Assembly: GCA_044229845.1 (NCBI GenBank)
Contig: JBGASG010000007.1
Location: 128,001-192,000 of the forward strand
DNA length: 64,000 nucleotides
From: Candidatus Obscuribacteraceae bacterium
GTDB lineage: Bacteria > Cyanobacteriota > Vampirovibrionia > Obscuribacterales > Obscuribacteraceae
Reading direction: 5' to 3'
The translations under genes were made by a program, and so were the position numbers. Below, piece by piece: positions 21,427 to 29,900 of this stretch. The notes under the pieces were generated by a model that saw only the letters and a program-made list of their open reading frames with translations, was not told the origin of the DNA and did no database searches. Each line of letters begins with the position of its first letter. The stretch's first letter is position 1.

Positions 21427-22206
21427 TTAGACGTGCACTTCGTGTTGCGCGATATAGGCGAGGTAGAGCTTTTCGAGAGTTTCTTCCGGAGGCTCCGGTT
21501 CTGCAGACTCGGTGAAGTTGAGGCGGGCGCGGAAATAGTCGTTCAATTGTTTGGACAGCAACTGCCGCTCGCCTTTGGGCATGCGGACCCGGCGGCGCAA
21601 GAAAGTGACCAACATCTGATATTCGTCCGGCATTAGTTGACCGGCGTCTACAAAAGCTTCTTTCGGCAGCACTGCCGTGGTTGTGATGGAGGCGGTGGAA
21701 AGTCCGGGCAGGCGTTCGCGAATAACCAGAGTGCCGCCGGCAAAGTCGCCGATGCGGCGCTCGTTCTTATCGACCAGAATGACAGCAACACCGATGCAGG
21801 CCAGTTGGACATCGACGATACGCACCAGATTGCGGATCCATACGGACGCCCAGTTGATAGGTTGTCCGTTTGCTTCGATCACTCGGATGCGAGCAAACTT
21901 CTTGCCCGGGGTCTGTCCTTTCCAGATGCCTTCGAAGTAGATGTAATAGCCAAAGTAGATAATGAAACTGATTAGCACCGCGGCGCCCATCAGATAGAAG
22001 TACGCGGCGTTTTTGAAGTCTTCGTTCAGTCCCAGTTTGTTGAGCCCGAAACCGATGGCAACGCAAAATCCCACCACCAGGCAGATCATGACATCCGCGA
22101 TGATTGTGTCAATAATTCCCGCCAGAACGCGGTTGCCAAGCCCAGCCAGCTCAAGGTGTAGGTCAACATTTTCCGGGGTAGAGATCAGGTAATCTGGTTT
22201 GTTCAT
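21427..22206 (-). CDS. RDD family membrane protein
   Basis: TPENVDL..LAGLGNRVLA..ID, GQTPGKK, RRIGDFAGGT; start ATG 22206. Confidence 0.92.
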   Translation of the reverse strand: MNKPDYLISTPENVDLHLELAGLGNRVLAGIIDTIIADVMICLVVGFCVAIGFGLNKLGLNEDFKNAAYFYLMGAAVLISFIIYFGYYIYFEGIWKGQTPGKKFARIRVIEANGQPINWASVWIRNLVRIVDVQLACIGVAVILVDKNERRIGDFAGGTLVIRERLPGLSTASITTTAVLPKEAFVDAGQLMPDEYQMLVTFLRRRVRMPKGERQLLSKQLNDYFRARLNFTESAEPEPPEETLEKLYLAYIAQHEVHV

Positions 22207-22226
22207 GAAAGCGGAAAGTCCTTGGC

Positions 22227-23282
22227 ATGAATGTTGAACGCTGGGTGGCGGCAAGACGCCCGACATGGCAGAAGCTGGAAGATATTCTCCGGCAGGTAGA
22301 GCATCGCGGCATCACCACATTGTCGCGCTTACAGTTGCAGTCACTGGGGCGACTTTATCGCTCGGCGTCCGCCGATCTCTCGCGAGCCAGGGCGATGAAC
22401 CTGGGCGGTGACGTCACAACCTATTTGAACAACCTGGTGGTCAAAGCGCATAACCAAGTCTACCAGAGAGGCAACAACCGCTGGATCGACCTCTTCAACT
22501 ACCTCTGGGTGACTTTTCCGGCTCTGTTCCGCAAATATTTCGTCTACGTGTTCGTTTCTTTTGTGTTGTTCTGGATTCCCTGCGCGGGAACCTGGTACGC
22601 GATCGTCAAGGATCCCAATGTCGCGCACATGGAGATGCAGCCCGGACAGCCGCTGGTGCCGGATGAGCTGTGGAGCACCATCGAGCACAAGAAGATGTGG
22701 ACAGATCAGGCTCAGGAAGCCAGTCCGCTCATGTCCAGCGCGATTGCCACCAACAACATCAGGGTGTCTCTAATTGCCTTTGCCGGTGGTGTCACATTCG
22801 GTTTGCTGACAGTCTGGATTTTGGTCATGAACGGGCTTTTCATCGGAGCGGTGTTTGGTGCCTGCCAGGTGCATGGAATGCTGCCGAACATTCTTTCGTT
22901 CGTCAGCGCTCACGGCGTAATCGAGCTTTCGGAGACATGGATCTCCGGTGGTGCGGGTTTGATTATGGGCACTGCCATGCTTTTTCCAGGCCAGTACGGA
23001 CGAATGGATGCATTGAAGCTGGCAGCTCGCCCGGCGTTCGGTTTGATCGGCGGTTGCATACCCTTGCTTCTGGTGGCGGGCACGATCGAAGGTTTCATTT
23101 CACCGCGCACTGATTTGTCGGCGCAGCATAAATTTGCCGTGGCTGCCGCGACGGCTGTTCTTTTGATTCTCTATCTGTGCGTACCTCGCCAGCCGATCGG
23201 AGTGAAGAAACAGGTCGTGCAGGCGGGCGATTCGCAAACGCCGCAACCGGTTGCGGCAGAATCCGCACCTAAAGTTTCCTAG
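22227..23282 (+). CDS. Stage II sporulation protein M (SpoIIM/DUF95) family membrane protein
   Basis: LYRSASADL, NNIRVS, HGVIELS, AGTIEGFISP. Confidence 0.9.
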   Translation: MNVERWVAARRPTWQKLEDILRQVEHRGITTLSRLQLQSLGRLYRSASADLSRARAMNLGGDVTTYLNNLVVKAHNQVYQRGNNRWIDLFNYLWVTFPALFRKYFVYVFVSFVLFWIPCAGTWYAIVKDPNVAHMEMQPGQPLVPDELWSTIEHKKMWTDQAQEASPLMSSAIATNNIRVSLIAFAGGVTFGLLTVWILVMNGLFIGAVFGACQVHGMLPNILSFVSAHGVIELSETWISGGAGLIMGTAMLFPGQYGRMDALKLAARPAFGLIGGCIPLLLVAGTIEGFISPRTDLSAQHKFAVAAATAVLLILYLCVPRQPIGVKKQVVQAGDSQTPQPVAAESAPKVS

Positions 23283-23437
23283 AAGCACGCTTGCGTATGC
23301 AATGCATATCCGGCGGTGCGACCGATGGGTGCGCTTTCGACCCTTCTTGGCTGTGGCTTCGCTAAGCACCATGGGTGGTGACGGCCACTTTCAAAGCCCG
23401 GCTGCTTAGGGGTAGAATCACTTAGCCACGGATATAT

Positions 23438-23863
23438 TTGGCAGGGAGAATAAATCCCATGCGTTTTTTCAATGGACACTACCTTGATCCTTCGCAGGAG
23501 CTGCCCCAGACAGTGCAGCCCTATACCAATGTCAATCCCGCCGCTTATCCCGATGCAGGTTCTCTGCAGCGCAGCAAATTCGTAGGACGCAATCGCAATA
23601 CCACAGCTGAGTTGCAGAAAGCAGTTTTTCTGCCGCCGGACATACGGCGCGCGGCGCAAATGTTGGGAGTCGCCCCCAATGAAATCACGACAGAACGTGT
23701 GTATCAGGCCTGGAAGCATCTGATGAGTCAGCCGGGAGCGCACCCTGATTCCGGCGGTCACACGGAAGGTGCGATTTTGCTCAACACATCTAGAGATGTT
23801 CTTCTGCAATGGATTAAAGAAAGCGCGCCCAAGCTGGGACGACAGTTTCCATCTCAGCGCTAG
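23438..23863 (+). CDS. Small protein with a C-terminal minimal J-domain
   Basis: AAQMLGV...YQAWKHL...AHPDSGG...LLNTSRDVL; start 23438 (TTG) or 23459 (ATG). Confidence 0.7.
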   Translation: MAGRINPMRFFNGHYLDPSQELPQTVQPYTNVNPAAYPDAGSLQRSKFVGRNRNTTAELQKAVFLPPDIRRAAQMLGVAPNEITTERVYQAWKHLMSQPGAHPDSGGHTEGAILLNTSRDVLLQWIKESAPKLGRQFPSQR

Positions 23864-23905
23864 GCGCCATCTCAGCGCCAGGTTCCGATCTTGCTTGCGA
23901 AGGAC

Positions 23906-25348
23906 CTAGGCAGTGCGGCGAGCAGCTTTTTCGTTGTCCAGGTTTTCTGTGAGAGCTTGCCACCAGGTGCGCAGCGAGTTGTTGCGCACAGCTTGCTTCA
24001 TGCCCCGCATGCGTCGTTCTCTTTCGAGTGGTGAAAGCGATAGCGCGTGTTCAACCGCCTCGGCGATGCCGACCGGAGAAGTGGGGTCGACTGGCAATGC
24101 ATGCTGATGCAGTTCGGTCCAGACGCCGGCGCGCGTAGATAGAAGAAGTGCCCCAGCAGACTCGCGTTGACAGGCGACATATTCCTTAGCGGTGAGGTTG
24201 AGTCCATCGCGCACTGGATTGACAAGCATGGCACTGGCTGCATCATAAAGCACCGCCAGCTGTGCGGGCTTAAGAGACTCTTCCAGCCACCGAATCGGTC
24301 GCCACCGCGCAGTTTGCCAGCGATTATTTGTGGCCTCGGCCAGCTGCCGGCATTCTTGCCAGTACTGGTCGAAGGCTGTCAGTCCGGCTCGCGATCTGCC
24401 GCAGACCTGCACGAATTGCAATTGACCACGTTGCTGCGGATTGCGCTCGAAGAAGCTATCGATGGCTTTGAATCTGTTGGCGACGCCTTTGGTGTAATCG
24501 GCCCGGTCAACTGATAAGACGAAACGTTGACCGTTCAAGTTGAGAGACTGCAGCAATTCATCTTTGCCGGCGGCAACGAGATTGGACCAGAAGTCCATGT
24601 CGATGCCGAGCGGCTGTGCTACCACTTGTGATACCGCGTATCGAGACCCGGCGCGAACATCTGTTTCGAGCGACATGATGCTGCTGTTGGAGTAGATGGT
24701 CAGCGGCGATCCGCCGGCAATCTGTACTTGAGATGAATTGATCGGTCCGGCCGTTCTATAGATACGGTTCTCGTCTAAGTCGACCAGGCAGTTATTGATG
24801 TGTGTGTGCACAAATTGCAGGAAGTTGCGCGCGTATTCATCGGTATGAAAACCGAGTGTATTCGCATGCAAGAGTCCGAACGCGATTTCTCGGATGGCGG
24901 GCACGTGCTCCGGCAGCACATTCGCCGGCCAGGGAATGTGCCAGAAAACGAGTGAGGTATTGCGCATCAAACGGGGGATCAATGCAAACTGGTAATCTTG
25001 CACGAAAATAGACTGGTCCTGTCCGCGCAGGCTGCACAGTCTCGCGATGCGTTCGTTGAAGCGTCGATAGAGTCGCTGGTCGCTGCTGTCAAGCGTCGCA
25101 TGCTGAGGCAGGTCGTGCATCACCGGCCACAGAAAGTCGTTGCAAAACCGGTAGTGGCCTTTGAGCAAAGACTCGTCCAGTGAGCCCAATGTTGAAGGCT
25201 TCTCTGAGCGGTGGCCAAGCTCTTGCGAGCTGTTGCCGCCAATGAACCACCAAGCACCGGAGTTTTGCTTTTGTTCGGCCCAGAGACGAGCCAGTCCGGA
25301 TGAGACACCGCCGGGGGCGCCAGGTCCTCGATAACTCAAAATATTCAT
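23906..25348 (-). CDS. otsA: Trehalose-6-phosphate synthase (GT20)
   Basis: GGV, LWPVMH, VQDYQ, FWHIPWP, VDRADYTKG, RDGLNLTAKEYVA; start ATG 25348. Confidence 0.9.
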   Translation of the reverse strand: MNILSYRGPGAPGGVSSGLARLWAEQKQNSGAWWFIGGNSSQELGHRSEKPSTLGSLDESLLKGHYRFCNDFLWPVMHDLPQHATLDSSDQRLYRRFNERIARLCSLRGQDQSIFVQDYQFALIPRLMRNTSLVFWHIPWPANVLPEHVPAIREIAFGLLHANTLGFHTDEYARNFLQFVHTHINNCLVDLDENRIYRTAGPINSSQVQIAGGSPLTIYSNSSIMSLETDVRAGSRYAVSQVVAQPLGIDMDFWSNLVAAGKDELLQSLNLNGQRFVLSVDRADYTKGVANRFKAIDSFFERNPQQRGQLQFVQVCGRSRAGLTAFDQYWQECRQLAEATNNRWQTARWRPIRWLEESLKPAQLAVLYDAASAMLVNPVRDGLNLTAKEYVACQRESAGALLLSTRAGVWTELHQHALPVDPTSPVGIAEAVEHALSLSPLERERRMRGMKQAVRNNSLRTWWQALTENLDNEKAARRTA

Positions 25349-25436
25349 TGCGCGAATTACCTCGGCTTGCCGTGACGAGCGGCGAGCGCATGAAGTTCCA
25401 GGGTACATGGAGGCAGGATCGAGATCGGGATTGAAA

Positions 25437-26021
25437 TCAGGTGTCTAAGTCAACTTGAGAGAGCAGCAACTCGAGCAAATCTGAAACGTTCAAATCCTGG
25501 GCAGAGCGGCGCAAGTACTCGATGTCCAAGTCCACAGTGGACTTGATAACTCCGGTTACGTCGCGCCACTGCTGTTCGGAAACCTCGCCTCCTTGTCGAA
25601 ACCAATCCAGTTTTGCCAGAACTACGTCTTCAGCGCTAGCCACGAAAGCGCTTCTCTCCGGGTTGATGGACAGGACGCGCCGCACGCGCCGTTGCAATTC
25701 CTGCTCATCAAAGGGGCGCGCTTTGGGGAGAAAGATGTCGACCTTGAATAGGGAGTTGTAGTGAATGACGTTGAAACTGCTTCTGTTACGCACCGCATCC
25801 TCGATGGCTTCTGTAGCAACATAGAACTGAGATTCAAGCAATTGCACCAGCGGTGCTACATGTTCGACACCCAGCTCTGCGAGGATGTCCGCGTCCCGCG
25901 TACTCCTTGGTTCACCATAAATCGCGCTTGCCAACGATCCAGCTAGGAGATACCTGACCCCGAGCCCCTCAAGCACAGCGATCACGAGGAGCGTCACCTG
26001 AACTGGTTCGTCGTCATTCAT
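25437..26021 (-). CDS. Nucleotidyltransferase-fold protein (putative toxin)
   Basis: GSLASAIYGEPRSTRDADI pol-beta-like GS/DxD motif; KVDIF; SAEDVVLAKL. Confidence 0.8.
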   Translation of the reverse strand: MNDDEPVQVTLLVIAVLEGLGVRYLLAGSLASAIYGEPRSTRDADILAELGVEHVAPLVQLLESQFYVATEAIEDAVRNRSSFNVIHYNSLFKVDIFLPKARPFDEQELQRRVRRVLSINPERSAFVASAEDVVLAKLDWFRQGGEVSEQQWRDVTGVIKSTVDLDIEYLRRSAQDLNVSDLLELLLSQVDLDT

Positions 26022-26325
26022 GCAACTGCGAAGCTATCAAACGTTTGACGAAACTTTCAGACATCTGCCGTCCGAAAAGAAATTCGGCTAATCTGATCTT
26101 CAATTCGAGTGAGGATTCGTTGGGGTAACGCTCGCGCAGCCTGATCATGGTTAGGTTTCGCAGCGTCGCATTCTGCTTGCTTACCATCCGTAACTTTTCT
26201 GCCGGTGTCTTCGTTGACAGGAGTCTGAAGAGAACTTTTTCCGCCTCGGGAGTTGTATCTTCTGCCAGTCGGTAGGTGTAGCGAATGCTCATCCTAACAG
26301 TCACCGTAGAGACCATGCGTACCAT
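26014..26325 (-). CDS. Small helical partner of the nucleotidyltransferase (putative antitoxin)
   Basis: DTTPEAEKV...TPAEKLRMV...LRERYP; overlaps the NTase start by 8 bp; start uncertain. Confidence 0.7.
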   Translation of the reverse strand: MVRMVSTVTVRMSIRYTYRLAEDTTPEAEKVLFRLLSTKTPAEKLRMVSKQNATLRNLTMIRLRERYPNESSLELKIRLAEFLFGRQMSESFVKRLIASQLHE

Positions 26326-26523
26326 ATTCTATCGGATTTCGGCGGTCCCATCAGCTTCGCGGCGCCATCGTCAGGAGTTGATACCGATATTGGTATCGCA
26401 ATTGCCGTTCGCCTAACATGCTAACTGACTTCGCCATTGCTGTCGAATACGCGGTGGACCTCGTTTGTCTATGCGTTTCCGTACTTTCTGTCGAGGCGCT
26501 TCCCAGGCTAAAATAAGGGCGGT

Positions 26524-27558
26524 ATGCAAACCCTTACTCCGCCACCAGTGCGCAGAGATACGCCCGCTCCATTGCGGCGGGCGGCGTTGAGAGCCTTGCG
26601 CGTGCCGGTCTATGTGAGCGTGGCGGTTGTCTTGTCGGTCGTGCAAACCTATATATCGCACAGCCAGCAAAATCAAAAGACGAGTGAGCCGGCCGTCACC
26701 GCTTCGACCGCGGATAGCGCCGCCGACTTTCAACTGGGGCAAGAGATGACCGAACTATCTCACCAGCTGAAGCTGATGTCGGTCAAACCAAATCTGCGTG
26801 TCGGACTGCTCTGCGTCGACCCGCAAACGGGTGCATATGCCAATCTCGACTCGCGTAAGGCATTTTGTGCTGCCTCTACGATCAAGCTTCCGGTCTTTCT
26901 CGCCCTGTTGATGGCACTGGACGAGAAAAAAGTGAAGCTGGATCAGACACTGAAAGTAAATCCTGAGTATGTCGGCGGCGGTAGCGGTTTCTTGCAGTGG
27001 CAATCGCTCGGTACAAAAGTCACGGTCAAACAAACTGCCGAATTGATGATGACGGTCTCGGACAACACTGCCACCAACATGATCATCGATTTACTGGGCG
27101 GCAAGCAGGCCGTCAACAAAACGTTGATCAAAGCAGGTCTGACTCAAACACGCATCAATAATCTGTTGCCTGACTTGGGTGGCACCAACAAAATCAGCCC
27201 GTACGATCTGGCGATGATTATGGCGAGAGTCGAGCGCGGACAGCTTATCTCTCCCGCGTCCAGAGAATGGATGTTTTCGGTTATGGAGCGCTGCCATACC
27301 AACACGCTGCTGCCCGCCGGACTACCTCCGGGGTGTCGCGTCTTCCACAAGACGGGCGACATCGCCGCGGTTGTCGGTGACGCGGGTATCGTGCAAGGAC
27401 CGGACGGCAAGCGTTATGCGGTGGCAATTCAAGTCGAACGACCTTGGAATGATCGGCGCGCGAATGCATTGATTCGCGATCTGTCAAAAGCTGTTTACGA
27501 AGGAATGTCGGGACAGAAGGTCGAAAGCCAGCCGGGCAGCCAATCCAAGCAACCATAA
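26524..27558 (+). CDS. Serine hydrolase, class A beta-lactamase-like PBP
   Basis: AASTIK (SxxK), SDN and HKTG motifs; N-terminal membrane anchor. Confidence 0.92.
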   Translation: MQTLTPPPVRRDTPAPLRRAALRALRVPVYVSVAVVLSVVQTYISHSQQNQKTSEPAVTASTADSAADFQLGQEMTELSHQLKLMSVKPNLRVGLLCVDPQTGAYANLDSRKAFCAASTIKLPVFLALLMALDEKKVKLDQTLKVNPEYVGGGSGFLQWQSLGTKVTVKQTAELMMTVSDNTATNMIIDLLGGKQAVNKTLIKAGLTQTRINNLLPDLGGTNKISPYDLAMIMARVERGQLISPASREWMFSVMERCHTNTLLPAGLPPGCRVFHKTGDIAAVVGDAGIVQGPDGKRYAVAIQVERPWNDRRANALIRDLSKAVYEGMSGQKVESQPGSQSKQP

Positions 27559-27723
27559 TTAATTATTAAGGGCTATCGCTTGGCAAGTCGATATTTTGGG
27601 AATAATCTGGGCAAGTGCAGCGTTTTGTACCCCAGGTTCGGTCCTATTTTTTTGGCGGCCGAAGTAAGATGTTCAAGCCGAGAAAAACAGAGCTTACCCA
27701 ACGGATTTCGGAAAAACCTAATC

Positions 27724-28236
27724 ATGAAGAACAAGAGAAACCGCAAAGGCTCAACGATTGCAGATACACCGATTACGTTGTGGCTGCTGTTTTTGGGTTT
27801 GACTTTGCCGCTTATGGACCTGGCATCGATTACGATGCGTTATACCTTCTTGCTGGCTGCCGCGCGTGATGGCGCATTCGCTGCCAGCCGCGAGTCGACC
27901 TATACCCTCGCTGATGCTGCGGCAAAGGCGAAAATTGCCGCGACCGCATCCTCATTCACTGGTATTACCGTCACAAGCGTCGTTACCAACGTGGTGACTA
28001 CCAACATCGCCACCAAGACAGTGACCGCCCGCACGCCGAGCAAATTGGGCGCGCCAGCTAATCCCAACACCAATCTGTATCAAATTGAGTCTGTTGTGAG
28101 CGGGACTATTCAGCCCTTCATCAATATGGGTGGCTCCGCTGCTGTGTTGCCCAACGTGCCGGGTGTCACCGCACCGGTTCAAACTACCTGCGCTTGCCGC
28201 GAGTATTTTGAGAACCCGCAAGGACTCAACCAGTAG
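27724..28236 (+). CDS. TadE-like minor pilin, paralogue 1
   Basis: Basic leader KRNRKG|STIAD, hydrophobic helix, AAARDGA motif; start ATG 27724. Confidence 0.82.
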   Translation: MKNKRNRKGSTIADTPITLWLLFLGLTLPLMDLASITMRYTFLLAAARDGAFAASRESTYTLADAAAKAKIAATASSFTGITVTSVVTNVVTTNIATKTVTARTPSKLGAPANPNTNLYQIESVVSGTIQPFINMGGSAAVLPNVPGVTAPVQTTCACREYFENPQGLNQ

Positions 28237-28260
28237 AAATCAGCTTGTAAAGCAATTGAT

Positions 28261-28297
28261 GACCGCCGACGCTCTCGCTGCGTCGGCGGTTTCTTTT
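28261..28297 (+). terminator. Rho-independent terminator after TadE paralogue 1
   Basis: GACCGCCGACGC-loop-GCGTCGGCGGTT followed by TCTTTT. Confidence 0.8.
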
Positions 28298-28664
28298 CGC
28301 AACACACTTGGATTTGCATAATCCTATTTTTGAGGGCGCTGCCGTTGAGGGCTTATGACTCGATCATTAACCCGTGTTAAGATAACTTCGCCGATTTGCT
28401 CAGTCGGTGAAAGCATCAGCAATAAAGGGTTTGGCGTCTCAGCACATGCTCAGGCAAAGACTTTATCTAGTGCTTGGAAACAATCGTCGAGCTCATTGCT
28501 TAAAAATAGCTCATTTTGGGCACAATACTTGAACCAGGCATCCCTGTTCTGTTCTAGGCAATTTCCACTTGTTGTGTTGGAATTTGCGCCCGGAAGATAT
28601 GATTTAGCTGATTGGCGGCGATTCGCTGTCGATGAAATCTTCTGTGTTGGTATTTGAGGAACCC

Positions 28665-29360
28665 ATGAAAGTTCGAACTCTCGTAACCCTTCTCGCTACT
28701 GCATCCGTGAGCTACACCCCTACTATCGCAGCACCAGATCTAGCCACGGCACCGCGGCTCAACGCGACGCGGAAAATTGCCAGCGCCCCAGCTAAGGCGT
28801 CGACAACCCCGTCCAAAGCCGCAGCAACAGCCATTCCAGGTGATTTCACCCAGTGGATGGAAGCAGGTCAGCGAGCCATGCAGCGCAGCGATGTGAAAAC
28901 CGCCATGAGCAGTTATGGCGCTGCTGTCAGGCTGAAACCCAACGACGCTTATGCAAGGAAGTGCTTGGGTTATGCACTGGTGGCAGGCGGTTATCCCGCT
29001 CAAGGCGTGCAGCAACTAGAGCTCTCTATGTCGCTTGCCGTGCCTTCGATCGAAGATCTTTGTTTTGCCGGCAGCGCCTACGCGCAAGCAGGCAATTATC
29101 AGAGTGCGATCAGAAAGTATCAGCAAGCGTTGGCCGCCGATCCCAACAACGTCCAGACCTTAGTTGGAATGGCCGAAGTAGAGAAGAAAGCTGGCATGAA
29201 TAAAGAAGCTAGAGCTGCGGCGGCCAAGGCATTGCCTCTTGCTCAGGACCTCGCCCTTAAGCGCAGGGCTATGAATGTCCTCACCGACGAACCGCTTCCT
29301 CAGAAGCAACCAGATACGACCCAACCGCCCGAAGAACCGCACGTAATAAATCCTGGTTAA
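28665..29360 (+). CDS. Exported TPR protein in the Tad cluster
   Basis: Signal peptide; TPR units such as AGNYQSAIRKYQQALAADPNN; GAGGA RBS. Confidence 0.85.
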   Translation: MKVRTLVTLLATASVSYTPTIAAPDLATAPRLNATRKIASAPAKASTTPSKAAATAIPGDFTQWMEAGQRAMQRSDVKTAMSSYGAAVRLKPNDAYARKCLGYALVAGGYPAQGVQQLELSMSLAVPSIEDLCFAGSAYAQAGNYQSAIRKYQQALAADPNNVQTLVGMAEVEKKAGMNKEARAAAAKALPLAQDLALKRRAMNVLTDEPLPQKQPDTTQPPEEPHVINPG

Positions 29361-29364
29361 AACG

Positions 29365-29883
29365 ATGAACACTTTAAGAGGAAAGCGAAACAAGAGAGGC
29401 TCAACCATCGCAGATACGCCAATCACTTTGTGGTTGCTGTTTCTGGGGTTGACGCTTCCACTTATGGATCTCGCATCCATCACTATGCGGTACACATTTC
29501 TCCTCGCTGCTGCACGCGATGGAGCCTTTGCCGCCAGCCGGGAAACGAGTTACACCCTGGCTGATGCCGCGTTGAAAGCGAGTGTCAACAACACGGCATC
29601 ATCGTTCACTGGTATCACCGTTAACAGTATTCAGACCAATGTTGTCACCACCAACGTAATTACGAAGGTGGTTACAAGACAGGCTACTAAACTTGGCTCC
29701 CCAGCCAACCCCAACCTTAATTTGTATCAGATCGAAGCGCAGGTGACGGGCACGATTCAGCCCTTCATCAACATGGGAGGTCTCACTTCTATAGTTCCTA
29801 ACGTGCCTGGTGTCACTGCTCCAGTGACTACCGCGGTTACCTGTCGCGAATACTTTGAAAACCCGCAAGGGCTAAATCAGTAA
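29365..29883 (+). CDS. TadE-like minor pilin, paralogue 2
   Basis: KRNKRG|STIAD leader; 49 consecutive residues identical to paralogue 1; shared C-terminus CREYFENPQGLNQ. Confidence 0.85.
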   Translation: MNTLRGKRNKRGSTIADTPITLWLLFLGLTLPLMDLASITMRYTFLLAAARDGAFAASRETSYTLADAALKASVNNTASSFTGITVNSIQTNVVTTNVITKVVTRQATKLGSPANPNLNLYQIEAQVTGTIQPFINMGGLTSIVPNVPGVTAPVTTAVTCREYFENPQGLNQ

Positions 29884-29900
29884 TTCTGAGGAGGACCAAA

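Noticed and set aside
23849..23882. Direct repeat CCATCTCAGCGCYAGG x2 at the end of the J-domain gene
   Set aside because: Short local duplication with no element between the copies; not a credible target-site duplication
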